Shown: positions 38,446 through 50,499 of the stretch, piece by piece
Layout: every line of letters starts with the position of its first letter
Position numbering within the stretch: position 1 is the stretch's first letter
Origin: Octopus sinensis
Lineage: Eukaryota
Length of the DNA: 64,000 nucleotides
Assembly: GCF_006345805.1 (NCBI RefSeq)
Contig: NC_043002.1
Coordinates: forward strand, 20,150,001-20,214,000
Reading direction: 5' to 3'
Translations under genes and position numbers: made by a program
The notes under the pieces: generated by a model
Database searches by the model: none
Seen by the model: the letters and a program-made list of their open reading frames with translations, nothing else
What the model was told of the DNA's origin: nothing

Positions 38446-38600
38446 TGAATAAACTTCTTACAACTTTTTAACATCTTATCTCCTCCATTTTTGACAAATA
38501 TGATTGGATTTGTAGAACTTCATTCCATAAATTAATCATGCACTTAGTATACTATGAATATAATATTAGATAACATAAACAATTATTAAAAAACAAAAAA

Positions 38601-38679
38601 GACAACAATTTGTTTCGACTTATATACATTTTTTGATATATAAACAATTCAATCCCCTTATATAAGCCTCATCAGAGCC
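38601..38679 (-). ncRNA. Type-I hammerhead ribozyme candidate downstream of Penelope remnant
   Basis: minus: CTGATGA-GGCTTATATA...TATATAAGTC-GAAAC-AAATTGTTGTC; 10-bp stem II, imperfect stem I. Confidence 0.6.
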
Positions 38680-39479
38680 AATGGTTTGAAGACAGATGAA
38701 ATTCTACATAAAAGAATGGCTGAATTGTAAAAAAAATTAATTCAAGTGCCTATATATTATGAGCCTATATACTATTCAACTAAATATCATTTACAATAAA
38801 AACAACAAAATTATAATGGACAAAATAATTAAGTCAAATCTGCAAATATCAAAATATATTTTTATATATCTCAAATAATATTAAACCAAACTTGTTTATG
38901 TTGAAGACAATCTTTTGCCATTATAATAACTGGATGTTTTACACATCCCTTCGGAGGAATTTTTTCCTTAGTTTGTTACTTTATATATATATATATAAAA
39001 CTGTATCAAGCAGACAATTAAATTTTTTTATATGCTGCTGGTTCACAGGTTCACAGTACGCTTTCTCACATTGTTGAACCTTCCAATGATGCCACCTCAT
39101 TAGGTGAATAGACAAACATTCCTTCTTAATAAAGTGTCAGTTTGTTGTAGAGCTATTTATTTACAATTGATGAAGCAATGTGAAATGTGTTGTTTTGTTT
39201 AAGAGCATAATGCACTGCCAGTCTGGGGATCAGAGCTACAATCTTGTGATTATGAGCGCAGCATCCAACCACCAGGACATTCTTCTTCACACACACACAT
39301 TAAAAAGTCAAGAAACTCCGCACAAGTCAAATAATGTTAAGTATGAAGAAAGAAAATGTGAAATATTTATAAAATTTTATAATAATAATAATAATAATGA
39401 TGATGATAATAACAACAACAACAAGAATAATAATAAAAGTAAATATAAATTAATTAAATGTCAACTCATTGATTAATTA

Positions 39480-40015
39480 TACATATCTGCACAGTCAATA
39501 TTTATCAATGAATGTAAACGTATTGATCTATTGCTGTTCAGAAGTTTCATCAGTACACTGGAATAAAGGAAAAGTTTTTAATCTAGTTGTCACTTCCTAT
39601 CATATGTATCTGTATATTGATTGAAAAATATTTTCCTGTAACTGGGGTAGCAAATTTGCTTTGTATGTAGCGCTATTCATTTTTCTTAGTGTCGTTCCAG
39701 TTTGTCCTATATAATTTGCTTCACTTCCTGAACACATTTTATATTAAATTACACACAGGTAAAATTATTTGTTAATTTGAAGCATTGTCTTTGTTTAAAA
39801 TGGAATTCTGATCCTTCAGACAAGTTCAGACATATCCTACAGTTAGATCAGACACATTTTTTAACTGTTGTTTCTGTTCTTGTTGAATATACTTTAGCTT
39901 CTGTTAATACTCTCATTAATGAATGTGGCTGTCAGTTATGTTTTATGTTTGGAAAAATTGATTTAGCCAGGTATCCTTTTAGCATCAGTACATTTTCAAA
40001 AGTAATATTATTGGT
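39480..40015 (-). mobile_element. Penelope-like element remnant (linker + GIY-YIG endonuclease)
   Basis: minus frames: QPHSLMRVLTEAK, KKCV.SNCRICLNL, NNFTC, NYIGQTGTTLRK, KTFPLFQC...FIDKY; stops and frameshifts. Confidence 0.8.
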
Positions 40016-40211
40016 CCAGCCATGACTGCATGGTTAGATGTTTGCTTCTTGATCACATGGTTTTAGATTCAGTTCCATAAGGGCAAGTGTCTTCTACTAT
40101 AACCTATAACTACTTTAACCTTGGCCTGACCAAAGCTTTGTGGGTGGATTGGTGGACAGACAGATAGACACACACCCAAACACACACACACATGCACATA
40201 CTCACACACTC

Positions 40212-40272
<61 letters not shown>

Positions 40273-40274
40273 GA

Positions 40275-41075
40275 AAGATGGCCGCTTATAAATGCCAAAA
40301 CTTTCTTAGACAGAAAAAATTACAGAAGTATCAAATTGTTGGATCAGATGATGAAAGTTGCAGAGAGGGTCATAGCCCAGCTAATTAGGGAGAGAGTTAG
40401 TTTAGATGAGATGCAGTTTGGGTGTGTGCCAGGGAGAAGCACCACTGATGCTATATTTCTGGTAAGACAGCTGCAGGAGAAATACCTAGCCAAAGATAAA
40501 CCCCTGTACTTGGCTTTCGTTGACATGGAAAAAGCCTTTGACAGGGCCCTCCCATTCCTTATCTGGTGGTCAATGCAGAAACTAGGGATAGATGAGTGGT
40601 TAGTGAGAGCTGTACAAGCCATGTACAGAGATGCTGTCAGTAAGGTGAGCATTTGGCAAAAAGTATAGTGAAGAATTCAGGGTACAAGTAGGGGGTTTAC
40701 CAAGGATCAGTCTTCAGCCCCCTCTTATTCATCATATTAAATAACGGAGCAATTTAAGACAAGCTGCCCCTAGGAGCTCCTCTATGCTAATGACCTTGTT
40801 CTTACAGCTAAATCACTACCTGAACTAGAGAAGAAGTCTCAGATGTGGAATCAAGGTCTAGAATCGAAGGGCTTTAGAGTTAACCTGGCAAAAACCAAAG
40901 TCTTTGTAGTTAGAAAGGCAGACAAATCACAGATATCTTCTGGTAGATGGCCCTGCTCAATCTATAGAAAAGGCCAAGGTAGAAACTCCATTAGATGTAC
41001 CCAGTGTAAGCTATGGACACATAAAAGGTGCGGCAGTATCAAAGAAAGGTTAACAGGAAAAATAACTTTTGTGCG
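40275..41075 (+). mobile_element. RTE LINE RT fragment
   Basis: NYRSIKLLDQMMKVAERV...QFGCVPGRSTTDAIF...AFVDMEKAFDR; same family as 26640-28180. Confidence 0.9.
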
Positions 41076-41259
41076 TGGAATGCTCTTCCTAATGCCAACC
41101 ACTCCGTGTCACAACTACAATTTCCGTTTGATTTTTTTTGATGTTCATGTACTTGACTCAATAGGTCTCCGGAGAATTCACAAAAAAAAAAAAAAAGACG
41201 AAGACAGGTGGTGTAGATAACAACAGATGTATTAGTATAATGCTCGGGAAGTGAAAAAG

Positions 41260-41297
41260 TCTTTAACGTTTTGAGCCTACACTCTTCCACAGAAAGA
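41260..41297 (-). ncRNA. Dead copy of the 12479 hammerhead family
   Basis: minus: TCTTT-CTGTGGA-A-GAGT(GTAG)GCTC-AAAAC-GTT-AAAGA; G12->A. Confidence 0.5.
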
Positions 41298-41359
41298 ACA
41301 CAGAAAGAGACAAGGAGAGAAAATAAAGAATGTGTAGTGGCTAGCGATCTATCATGATG

Positions 41360-41393
<34 letters not shown>

Positions 41394-42519
41394 TGTATGT
41401 ATGTATGTATGTATGTATGTATGTATGTATTCCAGTAACAATTGTGTAATTACCATGGATAACTCCAGGTAACTATAGACAGTGAATGTGCTTTATCAGC
41501 ACACTACTAGAAACATACTCAACGCTTAAATATTAACTTATAAATATATATATATATATATACTTGTGAATTTTTTGTGAACTTCACTTGTTATCTTGCT
41601 TCTGAGAATTTTTGGGACGCCATAAAAAGGACTAATTTCACATTTAAAATTAATTGCAACGTACTAGAATGATCTGCCTATAATGACACTATTCCAAACT
41701 TTTGGGTACTTCCATATTATATAAGAGGAATGTTTTTCAAAATTGATTGATACTTGGTTAATAGCGTCTTTATTGACCCTGAAAATATGAAGGGCAAAGC
41801 TAACTAGATTAGGATTTGAACCCGGAACATAGAACATAGGAACAAATACTGTAATGCATTTTATCCAACACTATTGATATCCTTACATACAATACTACCC
41901 GAGTTCAAATGCACACACAATCACATATACACAAATATAGAAACACATAGATATAGACATACATACATTCACATGCACGAACCTGCACATAAGTGCATAC
42001 ACATACACATCTGAACATATAAATGTATATACACATATTTGGAAACACATACAGATATGCACATGTATAAACCTGCACACACATTCACACTCACACACAT
42101 ACACATACATCCTGGCATACACATTTATAAAACCTGAGCAACAACACCACACTGATTTCTATAGCTACAGATAAAAAATGATCACAAAAATGTACAAAAA
42201 CACACACATGTATGCAGAAACGACCCCCACACACCCACACATAGTAACTTACTCCACCACATTTCCAATTCTCTAAAGGAAACATAGTTACAACACCAAC
42301 ATCAAAGCAACATGCAACGTGATGCAACGCAGAAACTAGCATAACCAGTATCATTCAAGAAATTTAATCAGACGTAAAATTAATAGACAATAATTATATA
42401 ATGATAGTAACACCACCAACAACAGCAACAGCAACTATAATAATAATATAAAAAAATAAATAATAATAATAATAATGATAACAACAACAACAACAACAAT
42501 AATAATTGTTTGGGAAATC

Positions 42520-43985
42520 TGAAAAACAGATTTTTTAACCAAAGCAGTCTAGAAGTGTGGTAGGGACATTAGTATGGAATTTGGAATTACCAAATGTTCA
42601 GTACTTAATATGAAAAGAAGGAAGAAAACATCCCAGGAGAGACCATGGGTGAACCCAACGGTAGTGGGTATAGATATTTAGGGATTTTGGAGCTGGATGA
42701 TATTCTACACAGAAAAATGAAAGTCAAGGTCAGTGAGACGTACTAAAAAAGGGTGAAGATGGTGTTGAAATCCAACCTGAATGCCAAAAATGTGATTACT
42801 GCAATGAATATCTGGGCAGTTGTGGTGGTCAGATATAGTGTATCCATCCTCAACTGGACTGAGGAGGAAATATCAACACTACATAGAAGGACTAAGAAAG
42901 TTGATGATGCTGCATGGAGTGCTACACCCTAAAACAAACGTAAACAGACTGTATTTGAAAAGAAAGATTGGTGGCAGAAGACTAATTAGTATAGGCCATT
43001 ATATAAAGAGTGAAAGGAGAACACTTGCTGAGTATTCGATAAATAGTAATGAAGACCAGCTGCAATATACCATGAAAGATATTGATGTAAATGTAGATGA
43101 AATGACGGGCAAGGAAGATTTTAACCAAAGAGCTGAGGAGAAGAGTAAAGAAGACCTTCTTGAAATGAGAATGCATGAAGAATTTGAAAGGAATACATGG
43201 TACGTTAATAATAATACAACATCCTGAGCATGGCTTGAGCAAGGGGATTTGAAGCATATCACCGAAAGCCTGATCATTGCTGCACAAGACCAGGCTCTCA
43301 CTACCAATTCAGTGAAGTATAACATCTATAAAATTTCTGATACCCAGAAATGCAGACTCTGTGGAAAGAGTGTGGAAAATATGACCCACTTGGTAAATGA
43401 ATGTGAGAGTCTTGCACAAAAAGTATACAAATGCCACCACGATAAAATGTGTGTGTATCTTCATTGGGTCTTATGCCGTAAATACCAATATGAAGTAACA
43501 GAGAACTGGTATGAGCATCTACCAAGTAAAGTTATGCAGGAGGATGGAAAAGTAGCGATACTCGGGGACTATGATTTTCAGTCGGATCATGTAATCAAAC
43601 ACTGTCAGCCAGATATTGTCATATTGGGTAAGAGAGACAAATACTGTCTGGTCATTGATGTAGCTATAGCAAATGGAATGAATGTTGTGAGTAAAGAGAT
43701 TGAAAAAATCACCTAGTGCTCCGAATTGAAAGTGGAAATGGCAAGACTGTATGGAATGCAAGAGAGGGTAATGTAAAAGTGATACCAGTGGTGATTGGAG
43801 CATTGGGCTCAATCCCATTGAAACTTCAAGACTTCTTAAGGCAACTGGAAATCCCATGCAACATTGATGTCTTGCGAAAAGCAGCCTTATTAGGTACAGT
43901 GCACATCTTAAGGAAAGTATTATCTGTCTGAGGTACTTATTGTGACTTGACAGATGAGTAAAGACTGCAGTGCTTTTTCACCTAC
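42520..43985 (+). mobile_element. R4/Dong-like non-LTR element (RT C-terminus, CCHC, RLE), decayed
   Basis: YRYLGILELDD, HPKTNVNRLYLKRKIGGR, AAQDQAL, CRLC..H...C, QPDIVIL, VIPVVIGALG; (AAT)n on both flanks. Confidence 0.9.
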
Positions 43986-44384
43986 ACTGTGTTATGAAGG
44001 AATAATAATAATAATAATGATAATAATAAAAATAATCAGGTGATGATGATGATGATGATGATGTTTTTCCTGCCTCAAGAACAACAAATTGAGGAAACAT
44101 TACAAGGATAAAGTTACCAAATCGATATGATATTGATGAGGGTTAGGGGTGAGGTTTACATTAGCATGATTGGGTAAACAAAAAATAGGATCAAACAAAC
44201 AAAATAATGAAATTATATGAAATGTATGTATGTGTATACATACATACATACATACATACACACACTCATTCATACATCCACCCACCCACATACATAAATA
44301 CACATACATATTACATACATATATATATATAATATATATATGTGTATTATATATATGTATATATATGTATTTTAAGTATAGTTG

Positions 44385-44965
44385 CTACCTAGGTGACCAA
44401 GTTAGTAGTTGGGGTGGATACTCAGAGAGTGTTACCACTAGAATAAGAATAGCCTGGGCAAAGTTTAGAAAGCTTCTACCCCTACTGGTGACAAAGGGCC
44501 TCTCACTCAGAGTTAAAGGTAGATTGTATGTTGCATGTATGCAAACTGCCATGGTTCACAGCAGTGAAACATGGGCCGTGACTGCGGAGGACATGCGTAG
44601 GCTTGAAAGAAATGAATCTAGCATGATCCGCTGGATGTATAATGTTAGTGTGCACACACGACAGAGTGTAAGCACCCTAAGAGAAATTCTGGACATAAGA
44701 AGCATTGGATGTGGCATGCAAGGGAGATGTTTGCGCTGGTATGGTCATGCACTATGGATAGATGAGGAGAGATGTGTGAAGAAGTGCTGCTCCCAAACAG
44801 TTGAAGAAATCTGGGGTAGAGGTAGACCCAGGAAGACATGGGATGAGGTGGTCAAGCATGACCTTCGAACATTGGGACTTACAGAGGCAATGACGAAAGA
44901 CTGAGACCTCTGGACATATGCTGTAACTGCGAAGACCTGGTAAATAAAGTGAGTTCACGGCTGTA
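44385..44965 (+). mobile_element. RTE LINE ORF C-terminus and start of 3' UTR
   Basis: YLGDQVSS...RIRIAWAKFRKLLPLL...SETWAV...LRWYGH...GRGRPRKTWDEVV. Confidence 0.9.
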
Positions 44966-45419
44966 TGTATGTGCAGATTTGTATGTTTTATGCAAAATAT
45001 TCAATTAGGGATCATGAGTGAACAATCACAGTTTCACAGGATTGATCTATAAATCAACCAATCAGCATGAAGTAGTAGCGTGATATGGCTTGCCAGATGA
45101 TCTAAAATCCCCCCCCCCCCACACACACACACACTTTTTACCCTACAAAAACAGTTTGGCACCTAACAGAGCTAGATGCCCCAAGTTGATGACTTTGACA
45201 GACTGTTAAGAGCGGATGGCCTTGAGCATTCATGGGCAGTTGAACAGGCCAATTTGAACAGGAAATGACATTGGACACTCAGACACAATGTACCACAGCT
45301 AACCATCTACAAGACACAACATGGTTCTCTCCTCCCAGTTGGTGCTTATATTATCAGCATCTTTCTTTCGTAAACAGCCAATGCAGTGAGTCTTATCTAG
45401 CTGTAAATGTTAAAACTAA

Positions 45420-46025
45420 TAAGTTCACAGGCTGCTTCATCTATTACATACATAGCCTCACAGAAGCAATGGCGAAAGAGGTATGCTGTGACTGCAAAGA
45501 CTCGACAAATAACGTGAGTTCATGGCTGTTTCCTGCACCAGCTTCACATAGCAGCACCAACCCATCCAAAGTACCTTGGATCACTGGACAGCCTGCTGTG
45601 CTTACCTTGGATTGTAAGATGACCTGCTGTGCTTGAGGAAACCTATTGTGTCAAGTACATCAACATCAAAATAAAAATCAAATGGAAGTTGTAGTTGTGA
45701 TACCCATGCTGGTGGCACGTAAAAAGCACCATCTGAACATGGCCATTGCCTGCGCTTCCTTGACTTGCTTCTGTGCCAGTGACACGTAAAAAGCACCAAC
45801 TGATCGTGGTCATTGCCAGCCTCCTCTGGCCCCTGTGTGGGTGGCACATAAAAAGCACCCACTACACTCATGGAGTGGTTGGCATTAGGAAGGGCATCCA
45901 GCTGTAGAAATACTGTGTGATCACACTGGAGCCTGGTGCATCTCCTGGCTTCCCAGACCCCGGTCAACCGTCCAACCCATGCTAGCATGGATAACGGACA
46001 TTAAACGATGATGATGATGATGACA
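45420..46025 (+). mobile_element. RTE LINE 3' end with (GAT)n tail
   Basis: collinear with 59945-60690. Confidence 0.85.
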
Positions 46026-47198
46026 GCCAGCTAGACTACATGATAATGGTCTTCAACAACATCAAACACATCCAACATAGCAACCACAACAATATTGGTG
46101 ACAAAGCATCTTCATGATCCATATATATATATATATATAACAGGCTTCTTGCAGTTTTCATCCACCAAATCCACTCATAAGGCTTTGATTGGCCTGAAGC
46201 TATAGTAGAAGACATTTTCCCTAAGTGCCCATTATGGGAATGAACTCAGAATCATTTGGTTGGAAAGCAAACTTCTTACCATACAGCCATGCCCATATGT
46301 CTGTGACTGTGTTTGACCTTGAGGTTTTTGTACTTATTAGATTTCCCCATAGACTTTTTGGGGGTTGGGAATAGGAGTCAGATGTAATGAAAAGGTAAAA
46401 AATAAAGAACTTAGTTGAAGCTGTATATATATATATATTTTTTGTGTGTTCTTGTCTTGGTTGTATGACTTTTGTGTAGATGGTTCTCAAGAAATATCTG
46501 ATAAACACATTTACATGATTGGGAAAGACATTTACTTGGCATCATGTGATATATACTTGGTACATATCATGTAATAACATGAGTGACCAGGCTCATGGAT
46601 GTTGTTACACATTGTTGGTCACAATGAGCTTTGCATTGTTTTCATTTTCAAATGATGTCACCCAACTGGCTTGGTGAAGAGGGCAACACTGTCCCTGATT
46701 GGAAAAGTAGTCCTTTACAGGGTTACCAATTTACAGCTGAGTAGATTGGAGTAACGTGAAATGAAGTGTTTTGCTCAAGAACACAATACGTTACTTGATC
46801 CAGGAATTGAACCTATGATCTAGTGATCATGAATACAACACTCTAACCACTCAGCCACACATCTTCACAAATGTGTGTGTGTGTGTGTGCGTGCATGTGT
46901 GTGTATCTATCTACACACATACACACACATATATATACATACAAATACATATAATGTCTTGCAGTGTGAAACAGAAATGAAATAAATGAAAATCTTTTAA
47001 ACTTTACAGCATTTGATGTTTCCATTTCAATTTTGTTTTATACTGTTTTTGCAACATGCCTGTTTTCTCAGACCCAATTCAATTTAAATCTCTGATATTT
47101 TTGCACTTTGTCCTTATAACATACCCTCATCTATCATAAATATGATAAATATAATAAAAAAAAACAAACACTGATTAATAATTTCTATATTTCAACAG

Positions 47199-47387
47199 GA
47201 AGCATATTGTGTGGTATATTCCAATTCTGCTGTGGTAAAAAACAAATTAGCAACAAAAAGACAGATAATTCAACAAGGATTTTGATAAACTTTTTGGTAG
47301 GTATCATGCAGTTCTCCACATTAACATTTTTCCTTGTTGGATGGTTCTGGAGTATTGCCTGGGGAATGAAGATTCTGTTCTTATCAA
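47199..47387 (+). CDS. STUM: stum/SPEC3-family protein, coding exon 2 (transmembrane core)
   Basis: CAG acceptor, GTAAGT donor; 189 nt, phase 1-1; GSILCGIFQFCCGKK...ILINFLVGIMQFSTLTFFLVGWFWSIAWGMKILFLS matches the stum 'VGW..SI.WGM' motif. Confidence 0.92.
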
Positions 47388-47470
47388 GTAAGTCACTCAA
47401 CCAGTGGATGAATCAAATTTGATTTTCTTTCTCATTCTTTGATTCTATATTTCTCTTAAAGAGTTAAGAA

Positions 47471-48395
47471 GGTGTAGGAGTGGCTGTGTGGAAAGTAGCT
47501 TGCTTACCAACCACACGGTTCCGGGTTCAGTCTCACTGCGTGGAACCTTGGGCAAGTGTCTTTTACTATAGCCTTGGGCTGACCAAAGCCTTGTGAGTGA
47601 ATTTGGTTGATGGAAACTGAAAGAAGCCCATATGACTGGCATCCGTACTAGCGGGGTGCAAAGAGCACCATACGAGCGTGATCGTTGACACAGCGGCTAA
47701 CCGGCTTCCGTGCTAGTGGCACATAAAAGGCACCATTCGAGTGTGATTGTTACCAGCGTCACCTTACTGGCACTTGTGCCCGTGCTAGTAGGGTGCCAAG
47801 AGCACCATTCGAGCGTGATCGTTGCTAGAGCAGCCAACTGGCTTCCATGCCAGTGGCACGTAAAAGGGCACCATTCGAGCGTGATCGTTACTAACATTGC
47901 CTTACTGGAACCTGTGCTGGTGGCATGTGTAAAAAGATTTGAGCGAGATCATTGCCAGTACCGCCTGACTGGCCCCCATGCCAGTGGGACGTAAAAAGCA
48001 CCCACTACACTTTCAGAGTGGTTGGTGTTATGAAGGGTATCCAGCTGTAGAAACTCCGCAAAATCAAGATTGGAGCCTGGTGCAGCCATCTGGTTCACCA
48101 GCCCTCAGTCAAAATCGTCCAACCCATGCTAGCATGGAAAGTGGACATTAAATGATGATGATGATGATGGTGATGTATGTGTGTGCATATGTTTGTGTGT
48201 CTGTGTTTGTCCCCCACAACATCGCTTGACAACCGATGCTAGTGTGTTTACGTCCACGTAACATAGCGGTTCAGCAAAAGAGACCGATAGAATAAGTACT
48301 AGGCTTACAAAGAATAAGTCCTGGGGTTGATTTGCTCAACTAAAGGCGGTGCTCCAGCATGGCCACACTCACATGACTGAAACAAATAAAAGAAT
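47471..48395 (+). mobile_element. SINE family 1 copy interrupted (about 47632-48165) by an RTE-tail element with ~60-70 bp internal tandem repeats
   Basis: SINE 5' half 47471-47632 and 3' half 48175-48395 are contiguous in other copies; CACCATTCGAGCGTGATCGTT recurs. Confidence 0.8.
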
Positions 48396-48621
48396 AAGGG
48401 AGCCACTATATCAAAGATAGGGAATTGGACTATCACCAGAGGTGGATTGCAAGTGAAAAAGAAGCTGTGAGGGTGTAAATTAAAGATACATTAAAAATAA
48501 TGTATCTTTAAATGTTTAAATACATTGGTAAACTATGTCTGAATAACTGAGATAAAGTGTTAGCATTATTATTGTGAAGGTAATGAGCTTGTTGAATTGT
48601 TAGTATGCTGGGGAAAATACT

Positions 48622-49032
48622 TTACTCTTTACTCTTTTACTCTTTTACTTGTTTCAGTCATTTGACTGTGGCCATGCTGGAGCACCACCTTTTGTAAATC
48701 AATCCTAGGACTTATTCTTTGGAAGCCTAGTACTTATTCTATTGGTCTCTTTTGCCAAACCACTAAGTTACGGTGACGTAAACACACCAGCATCGGTTGT
48801 CAAGCGATGCTGGGGGGACAAACACAGACACACAAGTACACACACACACACATATACACACATACATATACATATATACGACGGGCTTCTTTCAGTTTCC
48901 ATCTACCAAATCCACTCACAAGGCTTTGGTCGGCCCGAGGTTATAGAAGAAGACACTTGCCCAAAGTGCCATGCAGTGGGACTGAACCCGGTACCATGTG
49001 GTTGGTAAGCAAGCTACTTAACACACAGCCAC
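48622..49032 (-). mobile_element. SINE family 1 copy
   Basis: reverse complement of family consensus. Confidence 0.85.
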
Positions 49033-49192
49033 ATGAAATTTTTTCTGTCTCTATATTCTGAGTGCAAATTCCATCAAGGTGGACTTCGCCTGTTTATCCT
49101 TTTGGAGCTGATAAAATAAGTACCAGTTGATCACTGGGATTGATGTACTTATTTGTCCCTTTCTAAAACTTGAAGCAATTATTGTACTTTTT

Positions 49193-49398
49193 GTCTTTTA
49201 CTTGTTTCAGTCATTAGACTGTGGCCATGCTGGGGTACCATCTTGAAGATTTTTTTGTTAGTCAAATTGACCCTGGTACTTATCTTTTGTTATGCCAGGT
49301 ATTTATTCTGTCCATTGCTTTTTACCCAACCTCTAAGTTATGAGGTTGCCAAGTGGTGGGGGACAAACATAAACACACACACGCACACACACACACAC

Positions 49399-49477
<79 letters not shown>

Positions 49478-49600
49478 GACAGGCTTCTTTCAGTTTCCAT
49501 CTACCAAATTCACCCACAAGGCTATAATAGAAGACACTTGCTCAAGGTGCCACAAAGTGGGACTGAACCTGGAACCATGTAGTTAGGAAGCAAGCTTCTT
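49193..49600 (-). mobile_element. SINE family 1 copy (diverged)
   Basis: reverse complement of family consensus. Confidence 0.75.
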
Positions 49601-50382
49601 TTGGCCTTTTCTATATGCATTCTGCATTTGGTAATTTACTCAGAATTTCAAACTGAATCATTTATTAAATCCACAGAAGTAGATTGTTCACATTCAATTA
49701 TCCAACAATCTACATTCATAGAATTAATAAAAGATTGTGCTAAAAATTCTAAGAATTTTACTAGATGCAACTAGCACTTAAAGAAGGCTGGAATACAAAA
49801 TGACCAAAATCTTATGACTATAACAACCAAGATGAGGGTGCTAGTTTGAAAATATCAATATATAAAATTTCAGTGGTGAGCAACTAATATTAACTCTTTT
49901 ACTGCGGAAAGCAGATATATGAACTCAAAATTTCATTATCCTTAACCACAGAAAGCAGTTTTAAATTCCAGTTCATTTTTTGTTGAAGAATATCATATTT
50001 GAAACAATGTTCTGTTGAGATATGTCAAGGTTACTGAGGCAATGTGACTTGTAGAAAATACCAAATCTACTTTTCTGGTAGATGTTCAAAATAATTATCA
50101 GAATAGCCATGAAATATAATTTTGCAGTTAAAGGATTAAATTACTGCTTTGATCTTAAGCCTCTATGTGATTTCCCAATCTGCTAGAAATAGCAACCAAA
50201 TCTCCATCAAATTACACCTTTTTTTCTTAACAAGAGAAGACATAGTGTATTCTCAATTAAGAGATATTATGCTTTAAACAAAGATGGGATGAATGCAGTT
50301 AATCATAGGTCTACTGGATCACTGACCTTGCCAAAATGCAATACACATTTTCTCTCTCTCTCTCTCTCTCTCTCTCGATATA

Positions 50383-50414
<32 letters not shown>

Positions 50415-50499
50415 AATTGTCCATAAACATAAATTCAAAAAAAGAAGCATACTTTAAATTATAGAGCAGTATATATTTAAAATTAGATAAGGCCGGTTT

